The notes under the pieces: model-generated | Told to the model about the DNA's origin: nothing | Database searches by the model: none | The model's input: the letters and a program-made list of their open reading frames with translations, nothing else | Shown here: piece after piece, positions 1 to 12,300 of the stretch | Layout of the letters: each line of letters starts with the position of its first letter | How positions within the stretch are numbered: position 1 is the first letter of the stretch | Program-made: the position numbers and the translations under genes | Assembly (NCBI GenBank): GCA_963924565.1 | Contig: OZ004607.1 | Location: 27,714,001-27,778,000, forward strand | Origin: Ascidiella aspersa | Lineage: Eukaryota | Length of the DNA: 64,000 nt | Direction of reading: 5' to 3'

Positions 1-398
1 ATAGTTGTAATGGATAGCGCGTATTTAAGTCTAAAATACTTGCGTTTATTCCTATTGGTACTCCAAATAACCTATTTTCCAAAATTACAAAAAGGATCGC
101 GGCACACTTAACAATCATTTTAGGCACACAGTTTGGAAATCACTGGTAGCGGCAATTTAAAATCATTAAGCCGTTTATAACATTTATACATAGGAAAGTT
201 GTAATTAGAAACACTCGGACCCCAATGGGTTAAAACATTCATGTAGTTACAAAATAAATGTCAGTTTAGTATTTCCCCAACAAAACGTTGTATCGATTCT
301 TGCCTTTATTCTTGTAAGCATGTAAACCTCGTCACTCGCGCGGTATTATCCGTATCAAACTTCAAAACTTTTTTGCAGCTTTGTCTGTTGTTATTTAG

Positions 399-3300
399 GT
401 GGCTCGTCGCTGAAAGAGAAGGAACTTTTGCGATCCCTCGAAATGCTGATCAGCAAACTGAACAGCGGGAAGGTAAACGGACGGCATGTACTTATTTACA
501 TCGTGGGTTATTCGGTGTTTGTGGCAAAAGTCATCTATACCTTTTGCTTTAATGACACATTTAATGGGATTTCCTTGAAATTTTGATTATTGGTTAATCA
601 TCTGCATTAAATATACGTCAATACTGTAAAACGTTCTAATCGTTACGACTTCTAAAATACACGTGATTTAACGGACAAATTAAATCTTTTGTTCTTTTTT
701 ATGCTGTTGAATATTAAATAAATAGGTATTAACCTTGGAACATCGTGTTTAGATCACGGTTTCCGACGAAGTAATTGAGGACGCCAAACGTAGATTGCAG
801 GGATTGGAAGGCAAGAGTTATGCAAGCGGAGCTGACGCGAATAAAAAGAAGGTTCGTGCACCATATGTCCAATTGGTAGTTTTTTCGCTCGCTAAACCTA
901 TAATGCAGTCCCTTTGTGAAAATTAAATTACTCTGTTTAATTGTACCAGAAATCAATTCCCTGTTGCTTCAGGTTTTGTATCAGATCGTTATAATAACTA
1001 TACCGCCAATGAAATTTTGATAGCTGCAAGGTCCAAACGACAAAATGTATCTTATAGTTGCTTTAAATAGACGGTTCTGTATGGCTGCTATTTTATTATA
1101 AGAAGTGACGAAGCAAATGTTCGGCAACGTTGGCAAGATTGCTAATTTAGAGTTTTTGCAACATTAAAACTTGGTTGATAAAAAAACTTCTATGACCGAC
1201 ACACAAAGGTAACATAAGGACAACGATATGCTTCCTGTGTGTGTCGGCTATAGTGCTTATGTCATGTTCAGTGCCGTAATGAAACTTTAATATTATTTTT
1301 ATTGCCACAAATTGAAAAAAAAACGACTTGTGGCCCGCTTTAGCAATATTTTCAGTTTTGGCGAACGATTCTTAAAGTTAAATGAGTTTTTGGTGTAAAG
1401 CACCTGAAAAATGCTACGCTGCCTCGCGTTCACATTCGCTGATATGTATTATATAACAAAAGCGCGTTCTTAGGACGGTTCGGCCATGGACGAGTGGAAG
1501 GCTCAGGGTCAGGAGGACCTGGTAAGGGCGCAGCAGAGCGACAAGATCGACCTCGACCGCGAGCTTTTGGCGGGAGAACGCGAGGCGATGAGTGGCCTGC
1601 TCATCTCCCATGACAACCAGCGGCAGAACGTCATCAAGGAGCTGAACGACAAGCTGGCCTTCCGCATGCAGGGAGACCTGTCCGACAAGGAGGTTAGGGG
1701 AGTGCACTAAAATCATGTTTATATTCGTTGAGTTGTCGAAACTCTATGTTTACCTAGCTGTCATGTGGTTCATGTGTTGCCACTTGTAAATTTGATCTTG
1801 GTGTGTCGTTTACTTTTTGTTTATACCCCAAGCAGAAAGGAGCTCTATCCAGTTTACTATAGTTTATTAGTAATTTATCTTAGTCGCTTACATGTATGTT
1901 TAATATTATATAAACTATTTATAACTTTGTTGTTTATGATTCATTCGAAAAACAGGTTGCATAAGTTACTGTGGTACAAGTTAACGTATTTAAACAGATA
2001 GGGACTTTTGTTTGTTTCTGATTACTGGATTAACAGTTATACATAAACTCATTTAACGAATTCTAAATATTTTTTGTGGGGATAAATATTTGTTTTGCTT
2101 TTCATTATATTATTAAGTTATGACCTAAAAGAATCGGGAATACCTGGTTTCCTATATTTAAGTTTTTACTATTCTTTGTTCCTCGGAAACCTGTCGCATA
2201 AAAGGCGGGAAAGTGTCAAGTTTGTAGTTTTCATGTTTGCTCAAACATAAGCAAAGTAAGAAAAAAGCTTGTGCTTTGTCTTCCCCATTGGCAAAATTTG
2301 TCAGTTCACCGATATAGCATACTCAAAAAAAGGGCAAAGTTTTAAAATATCGCCATAACCAAACGCGCTTCGCCCAGATGAACGCGCTCCTGGCCGAACA
2401 CGAGAAAGAGTTGGACAACGCGCTTGGGGCGTTCGGCCGCGAGCGACAGCGACAGATGAACGAGCTCAAGGAACAACTGGCCGCCAAGAGGCGCGAGAGA
2501 GCCGAGCAACTGAAACGCGAACACGGGAAACAGAGCAAGGACGCCGGTTTGCCTGGTGAGCGTCAAGCATACCCTTATTTTCCGCATTAGGTCTTGGGGT
2601 TAAGGGCATTTGCTATCGACGAGTTTCACCGAGTTTTCACTAAGCACAAACAGTTTTCTAACGTGTTCTTAGTGCCCAAAGATAAAAAAAAATGCGGAGT
2701 TGTCATTTATTTATTGTTTTCGTTGTACTCTGGCATTAATTTATTGTTTTCGTTGTATCTCAACGCGACAAGCTCTGTTTCGACTTGTTCGAATGGTTTA
2801 ATTAATTATCCATCGGTGTATTTGGTCTGCCTTAAACATAATCTGTATACTATATTTGTTTACAAATAAATAATCAACACCTATTCCGCAATAAGACATG
2901 TACACATTTAAGATACCTTTACCTTTCTAAGGGTTTTGAAAATCAATGATTTGTGTGGAAATGACAAAGTTAATGTGGAAAAAGAGAATAAATCTCCTCA
3001 CCTTTCCAGCTAAAAACGAAAATAAGTGCAATTTAAAGTATAACTTTTATAATTTTCTGTTTTAACCAAATTCAGTAATTTCTACATTCTCAAGAGAAAC
3101 ATATTTCGCCATAAAATAAGGCATCATCACTATCTAGAAATGAACAAAACAATGCCAACACCTAAACTGGTCGACAGCATTAAAAGCAAAAGGGAATGGT
3201 CGGAATTTTATAAACTAGACTTCTGTATAGCTTCCCGACATTACTGACCATTTTCGTTTCCAGTTGTCGACGAAGAGGATGATTCATCGTCCGATGAGAA

Positions 3301-6300
3301 CTTAGCAACGCTGGAGAAGCAACTGGAGGCGGCCATCTTGGAGGAGAGCGCTCTCGCATCCAAGGAGGAGTCGGATGCGCTGAGAGCAAACGATGAAGGA
3401 GTGAAACTCTCCAAGACCTTTGATGACGAATTGGTGGGGGGATTGAATATTTGTTTTATCTTGATTTCCACTGTTTTTGTCTCTTGTCTACTACGGGCGT
3501 TTTCAGTACAATTATGCAGTGCTGGGGTTCTGTGTCTTTACCACTTTGTATGAGAGGTTTGTTACAAATAAGTATTCTACGGTTGTATTATTATGTACAT
3601 TGTGTGCGTATTGCGATCTGACCTTCTAAAATCGAACTTGCCAACATTAACCTCACACGCCCAATTGATCACATTTCAATGAACATGTAAAATGCCTTTG
3701 CTTTGAAATCGAAGCGATCATGTTTTCCCAAAGTATCCAGTTTTGCTATTTGATTTAACAGTGGTCAGTTGGTCACCCCCTTACAACGAACAGTGTGTAC
3801 TACATGAGACCGATTTTACATCTTACATTGTTAAAAGCTTTCTCTGTTTGAAAAGAAAACGTTTTATTGACTCCTCAGAATATGGCCTGTACTATTGATT
3901 ATTCTAACAAACATTTGTTGTTTCAGAACGCGATGGTGACGAGCGGACTCATCACCGACGACGTCCGCGAGCAGATGAAGAAGCAGATCATGGAGCAAGA
4001 ACAAGCGCTCCAAGACAGGATGGAAAGGAGTAGGGAGATGCAGGTTAGGAAGAAAGCGTGTGATCAGCTACCTGATTTGTATATCTGATGTAATGTAATT
4101 CGAAAAGGCTTATGTCTGTATTATGGCGGATTTGGGCTGCAACGGTATTTTTAAACTAAAAAGCCATCTATCATAGTAATTGATTTAGATTCCTTCAAAT
4201 ATCTTAACCTGAGCAAAATGTCACCACCAAGCGCTTTTTTCGCAATGAAAAAGCGGTCAAATTGAAAGCGTTATAGTACGGATGTTGTAAAAGACGCGTT
4301 ACAAAGATATAACTTTTGTTCAGCTACCACCGACCGTGTTAAGAACTCGTTCATTTTTAAGTAAAATTACTTCGCTATTTCTCAGAATGCCTAATATTTG
4401 CGTTTAATACTGACCAATGACGTTTTGCGCGCAGATCAAGGCGCTTCGCGACCGAATGGCTGAACGCAAGAAGAAGAGAATGAAAAAGCTGGAGAAAAAG
4501 CACGATGAAGAAAGGGCGCAAGTTGTAAGTGGCACTAGGATAGCGTTCAGGAATCGCGAAATTATTGGTCGTGGTCGTCACACTATGTGGGCAAAAAATA
4601 TGGCACAAACTTTGTTGTCTTAAAGAGTGGAAAATTCTGTCGAACTGTTTTAGTTCTACAGAAAATATATTCACCTACATACACCAATTGGTATTCCTGG
4701 AAAGTGTATAAATTGAAATGTCACCACATAGGTTCTCTATAGTTAGTAGAAGTACTGGCCCAAAATATAATTCGGAATCTTACTGAGTATGTTATTCACA
4801 CCTTGGTCGTATTGACATACTCTGATTTCGGCCATTCCTCATTGATACTTCCAGCAACAACGTTACAGCAACATGCCGTTGTTAGTTTACCTTTGAAATA
4901 GATTAGTTTCGTATGGTACGCACTGACCCATACATCGCATTCTGCTGTTTTGTCCCTTTTTTTCTATTTTTATTTGTTTAATCCTTTATCTTCACTTGTT
5001 TTTTACACTGATGATGGCACGAGTTATTGCTGAAACGTCTGTAAACTGCGAAATGTCGATTTTATCGAATATAATGGCCTTAATATTTTTATTGAAATTA
5101 CTAAAAACCCGTGTATTGTGTTCCAAAGTTAGTTCGTATAGTTATTAAAAAAACAACGTAACATGCTTTCAACACTCATAAAACAACGTAATCATGCTTA
5201 CATCACTCAGCAAAACAACGTAAACATGCTTACATCACTCAGGACGAAGTAACGCCTGAAATGCAGCTGCGGCAATCGTCGGAGCGTGACGCGCTGTCGG
5301 CCGAGCTTGACGCCGAGGAGATGGCAATGGAGCGGAACGTGATCGAAGCCGTCCAATCAGAGCACGAGGAAGCGCTCAAGGAACTCCACCACGAGGTTAT
5401 CAACGAGGTGAGTGGATAGATGTTAGTTGGGTAAAGTCAATCTAATGGATTTAGGCTATTTCGATTTGATTATGTTATTTCATATTTGCAACTGGACAGC
5501 CGAAGATAATTAAGCGAGAATAACCTTTTTGTTGTTTACACCTGAAAAAACAGTGATGAGTAATGGACACAAAGTTGTTTTTTAACCTTTCGGACTTAGA
5601 ATATAAAAGTTAACAAGGTATGGCAACCTATTATCTTATTTTAGTTTGATGGCTTTTTCTTGAATTATTTTGTTTAATTTTTTATTGTTGCAAAACGACG
5701 CTTGTGCGGATGTCAAATTTGTGCCATACTTTTTGCCGGGTACTTCGACGGATAATAAAATATAGTGCCAACTTTTTTCTACCTGCAGATGGGCGAAAAG
5801 CACGGAGTTGATCCAGTGGCACAACAGGAGTTACTCGAACGCTACCGACGCGAAGCTGATAACTTCGACGAAGTGAACAGGCTCAGGAGGGACAAGCAAG
5901 CCCAGGACTTCAAGGTTTGACTTGCTAAATTACTAATAACCGATGTTAAATTCGTCACACGGGCATAATGAACTATTACTCCATGCACTAGGGTTGTTGA
6001 TTTCCCATTTTTGTATACCTTCTCACAATTCTGTGTGATCGTCATCTTGTTTTGATTTTGGCAACCGAAATTTGATTTGACTTTATTTATTTACAGCTTT
6101 AATATACATTATTTTAAACTGCCTTTAAAACATTTAGCTGTTGTTTATGGCAGCCTAGAAAACTTACTAAACATCCTAAAAACAAATTTTATTTAATAAA
6201 AAATCCAAGCCCTAAAAAATGACAAAGTATGACAAACACCTTTACATAGCCTAATTCGTGGTTAAAACGTTGGCAGTTTAATAAAACTTTGCCGAAAGAA

Positions 6301-9300
6301 CAATTGTCCAATTGATAGCTTAACTCGTTTAAATCCACCCCATGTTCCTGTTTTGTATTATGTTATTATGTGTAATACGCGAAAAAAAAGTACAAGCACA
6401 GCTTAAACGGCATCCTTCTCATTACTTTCTCTCCTCAGGCAAAACTTGCGGCCAAGCGAGCGAGGAGAGCCGCCGATGTGCAGAAGAGCAATGAAGATCG
6501 GATGAAGGGAGCTAAACGTGATGAGGAGCAAAAACGCCTGGAGGAGCTCGCCAAGCTTCAGGCGGAGGAGGAGGCCAAGAGGAAGCACGATGAGCAGTTC
6601 GGGGGACTTGACATCCCGGAAGTGCAAGTGGCCGATAACTTGGAAGTACAGGTGGGATTTTGTAAAGTTGAATTGGCGAATTCCTTTTTTTCGAGTGTTG
6701 TACATTTGCTACGCCTTCTGTATTTCCTAAGACCTAAGTCCTCAAACGATGTGCAAAATTACAACTATTTGTTCGAATTTATTCAGAAGCTATAACTGTA
6801 AACTGCAGTGAACTGTAGTTATTTGCGTGTAAATAAACCTATGGATGTGTCGCAGGAGTAATAAAGAAATGATCTTGTATTCAATTTAGACATTTTATAC
6901 TTTCTCGGTACACTAGAGTTATTGCGTCTCGCTGTTTATAAGTGATGCTGCATCATTATACTTCCTAAAAGTGATATTTTAATTAGACATTTACTGTTTT
7001 TTAAACTCCTCACGGCTTGTGCGTATTAGGCCAACCGACCAAGATACCCTTATTTACAGTATTATGAAATTCGTATGCGCTATCCGATATGTAGTATCAG
7101 TAATATAATACCCGTAACATAACATCCGTGATAATACATTCGCAATATGACATCCGTACATAACAATTCCATCTGTAATATAACAATTACATCTATAACT
7201 TGACATCCGTACAACTACCTTAGTGAAATGACATCAGTAATGTAACATCTCTAATACGACGTCCGTTATGCGGCTTACGTAATCTAATATCCAATTATAT
7301 CTATAAATAAATGACGTATTTCAACATTATATTACGTAAGTCATATTACGGAAATTTATTTACAATATAATATCTTTTACACCAGTTCTTCTTAACCTTT
7401 TTTCGCGGTGACCAAAATACTAATTGTTAGTATAATCACTAAACCATTGGCGACTCAACTTTTGTTCACGGAAGGTTCGTAAGCTAACATAACATAAACA
7501 CGACAAAAGTATAACTTAACAAGTTACAGTTTAATTGTTAAAGTCAAAATCTTTGCATTGGTTACGCAAAATTCTCAAGTTTGTGATAAATCTCACTAGC
7601 CCTGTGAAGTATAATGCTGTCGGCGGCCCACCTAAATCAAACGCCGACCCAATTTCTGGTCGCACCCATGTGTAGATAATCACTGTCTAACGCAACATAC
7701 ATAAACTGACACGTGTAATTTAACATCCATAACAGGCTCTTGTGCGCGAACAATCGCGGCTCCTGAACGAGACTGATCAGCAGCAGGCCTCCGAAGTCGA
7801 GAAGTTGGCCTCGGATCTCGAAAAGAAGGAAAAGGTTGAGGAAGAGGCGCTGGAGCGGAGGCTTGCAGAGGAGTCGGAGAAGGCGCTCCGAGAGACCAAG
7901 GCTAAGCAGGAGGCGGAGGCGAGAGCCAGGACCGACCTCTCGGACGAGCAAGTTCAGCAGGTGAGGAGCACAACTCGTCTTCCCTTCTTCCAGATAGTGA
8001 TAGACCTGGAACCTATGGATTTCAAACCTCCTCCGATACATCTAAAAGATAAAAATAGTATTTGTTTATTTTTAGGACCGGTGGATTTTGCCAACACGTT
8101 ATACAAGAACAACTTTAGTGAACTTAAACTACTAGTTGCACAGTTTAGAATTTCGCCAAAATTTAGTTTTGGATTGTATTCGACAATATTTAAACTGTAC
8201 TTCATCTTCTATAAGCAAAAAATGCTGCGGGCTAGATTAATTGACCCGGCAGTCCGTAGTTTGGTGACCCCTTACCTTGAGACGTACACATTTTTTGTAC
8301 TTTGTGCAAATTTGTTAACTGTTAACAGGTGATCTTAATTCGGGTTTTCAAACTTTAAGTTTGATTGTTATTTAAAAAAAAACACCAACACCAACAACCC
8401 CAACGTCGTATTTCGCAGCTTCTAGCCGCCCATCAGCAGGAACTTGACGAGATGGAGCTGGCGCTGGGCAAGCAACAAAACCGACAGCGAGCTGCTCTCC
8501 GCGAGAAACTGGCCGCTCGACGCACAAGAAAGACGGCCGCTCTCAGGAGCCGACAGGAGCTGGAGAAGGAACGGGAGCAGGTCGAGCAGCGGAAGGAGAT
8601 GGCGCAAGTGCAAGCCAAGACCGTGAGTGCTGATGGGTTTGCTTTCTTGCTGGAAGTTAAAGGGTTTGACGTAGTTTGGGTTTTTTTACCGCAGACGATT
8701 TGTTTTTCAAGTGTTTTGGGCAAAATGACTTGAACTTGACTTTGAGTTGATTTAAGTTATTTAAACCAATGACTTAGTTGATTTGACTTAAGTCTTTTGA
8801 ACAAAGACGTGGGTTAAAAACAAGTGTTTTCATTACGTATTTTTTTATGAAATTGGAATATTTATATTAAGTTTTCTACGTAAGACCCTTTGCTTGCTAC
8901 ATGTTGTGCTTTGTGCTATTTTTACTACAATTATTGCCTATAATCGGAAGAGTTCGACAGTTTATCGTTTAATCTCTTTGACAAAATCTTGACTTGGAAT
9001 TGACCTTCTCTAATTATGACTTGACTGGGACTTGACTTGCTATTCATTTAAAAAGACTTGACCTTGACTTTTTACACAAAACTTGACTAAGATCTAAGTC
9101 ATTTCAAAATGACTTGTTTACAACACTGCTACACATAAAATACCGTAAACTCTGTGAGACCGCATACCACGCAACTCCATGGCAAATTATATGGTAATAT
9201 ATGGTACCCGAGAGTGTCGAGCTAATGTTACGTCACAAAAAAAACAATTTTTTAATGTGTGTGGCAATTTAAAAAAAAGTTGTCGTCATTATACTGTTAT

Positions 9301-12300
9301 ATGGTAAATAAAAATGGCCAATATTGGCAGAGTCATATCAAGGCAATAAGCGTACATAAACATTCGGTAGAACAAGCGTGTGTGCTATGTTTTATAGTTG
9401 GACACAAAATTTTGATGCGCTTCACATTAAATTGTCGAGAGGTCACATTTGACAGTGATGTAAATGGCTGTTTTATGTCTGGCCAAAGCAAGTGCGATTT
9501 ATTTTACGAAAATTCCAGCACCGTGTTCTTAAATGATAGTAGGGTTAGTTATTTAAAAAAAACATATAAATGTATTTCGAAAACGGATTTGTCACAGATG
9601 AAAGAGGCGGAGCGGGATGCCATTTTGGAAGGCATCGAAAAGAACGGTTCGACTGCCAGCGAAAAAATCATTCAGAAGGTTTTGGAAAAACGTCAAGCAC
9701 AGGTGAATGACATTTACTTTGGAATATTAGAAACACACACTATACGCTTTGACAAGCAATACACGGCAATAGGCGTTATAAGTCACTATGGTTTACGTTG
9801 TTTTATTTTTTTACCAGGAATTGAAAGACCTGGAGAAGGAATTTGAACTGAAGAAACGTCTCCTTATCGAAGAAGCTCTGAAGGCGATTAAGGATCACTA
9901 CCAAGCCGAGCGCGACGCCATGGTACATACCAACAGATGTTATCCTTGTAAAGAATATTGAAACAACAAATCTAACTTTTTTTGCAATGATAATTTTTTG
10001 ATCGTATTCGCGATAAAGCAAGCAACATATTACAAATATCTTACAGTCATTTTGCATATAACGTTTGACATAGACCCTACTGTAAGTCTAAATTCTCTAA
10101 CTGTTGTTTTTTGTTGTTTAGCTTCAAAGACACGAGGCCGAGCTCCAGCGCTTGGAAGACGAGGGACTTTCCCCGGAGGAACTTGCCAAACGCAAAGCCG
10201 AACTCGCCGAACAACACAAGCGCCAACTTAGGTCGGTCCTTGTTTGGGCTTTCTTATATGAATATATAGGTGTTCAAAGCAAACACGCAATACACGATGT
10301 CTAAGGGTTCAGACCAGTGCTTCGCAATCTTTTGGCCTCGGCGAACCCTTTTTTGTCCCTTAAAGTGGCCACAAATTCCCAAAAAATTGGTATCTTAAAA
10401 TTTGGCTGATTATATGCCTTTCAACGGAACCTGATAAAACTTTCACGGACCCTCCTAAAGACGCATTGCGGACCCTAGGTTTGGAAACGCTGGTTTCGAC
10501 CTTGATCACCAACCTTTCATGAATGTTGCCCCACTTTCATGGGCTAACAGGGGATGTCCCTTGTGTCATAGTAAAAACAACAAGTTTGAGTCTAACTGGA
10601 TTATAGTTAAAATAATATATGCTTGTTGACCTAGCAACCACATTACTTTCTCCCTGGGGAGTGAGGGCCTCGGTAGAGCAACTGGTTTAGACCAATGTTC
10701 TTCAACCTTTTTCTGTTGTACATGTTTTCAACAATTTAGTAAAACAAAGTAGTAAAAAGATTGTTTCGCAGAAAGATATCATAAATAGTTGCTGGACACA
10801 TGATTAGATTAGTATTATACTGCAACAACAATAGAGTATGAAAAAGTACGAAAAAACGACAAAATTACGAAAAAACGTATTCACGCTGGCTTTTTAGTGG
10901 TTTCGTTTAACTATTCTAACATAATGCGGCATAAGGTTTTGCAATGGCCTTCCTTTCCACACCTTAAAGTAAACTTCAACCAATTAAAATCCTATGCCGA
11001 CAAGCAGTCCTATACGTAAGTTTGCCAGACAAAAAATGTCACGAAATTGGAAGAAGTTGAGTGTTTTGTTCAGTATAAAATACTCCTAATCGTTCGCTTT
11101 ATGTTAAAAAAGCTTTTCTACAGTGTTTTTTATCTGCAGTTCTCTGGACAAGAAACACAAGAAAGCGTGCAAGGAGATCGAGCTTGCAACCACCGCTGAG
11201 TGGAAGCTGGAATTCTCGCAAGCGAAACTCGGTCTTAAGGAGAAGCACTACCAAGTGAGACTCCGTAACTAAAGTTTACCAATGCCCTAATAAAAAAATA
11301 TTCTGTTCAAAAAAGTAACTAAATGTTTACGCGAATGTACCGCCTCGACCTTGCAGGATAATGATGACAAGGCTTCAAATAAAAAAATATATTTCTTGTT
11401 TAAATCTTATAAAATGACTGGCTTTGGTGTCATGCCAGATCTTTCTGAAGAACTTTTTGCTGTTTTATAATACAGTTGATATTTTATGTTACAAAAATTT
11501 ACCTGCTAACCACTTTCAACCTATTCTTTCTTCTCAGGAATTCGCCGAAGCCTTGCGAGAGCTTGCACCTAGCGCCACCCAGCAGAAATCTGCTGCCGAG
11601 GCCGACAAGTCAGTTAAACGACTCGAGGCGGTCAAAGAGCAACTGGAACAGGTGAAGCAAAAAATACGCTCAATTTTTACACATTCGTAATTTCATGAGC
11701 GCTTTGTTTCTTAGGCAAGGTTTTCATGTAGAGTTACTAAGCATCTCACAGTTCAAAGGGCTACGAAAAATAAGGTTGAGGTTAGACATGTAAATGTAGC
11801 GATTCAGTAAAGTAAAATTAGGCAGTTTCTTTTGGACGCTGCACAGTGTGAAACATGTCAAATGTAAAATAAACCTGGATACAGGATAGAAAATAAAAGC
11901 ATTTAGAAACTTACTTTTCCTAGAAATGTTTGCGCATCACATGAGTTGTTTTTCTTTTTTTATCGTTGTCGGTAATTATATTTCGATTGGTTGTTGTTTT
12001 AATATTTAGAATTCGTTCGGAACGCGTGACCACGGATGGTTTGGTTTTATCAGTGTCCTAATATTTTCACGAGTTATATGAAATCCACAAATACTACCCA
12101 GATATTTAATTGACAAGCACTAAAACGATATTTTTAATATGGAATTGACAAGTAATGACGTTTTCGCTGTGTGTTGTTCGAAATCAAAATTAAGTTAACT
12201 GTTAAATCAAAGAACGATTGACGTTAACCTTTTGTTTCTATGTTGATCTATTTTTAATCAAATATGAAATGGTACTGCATTTTTTATATTTTTTAATTTT

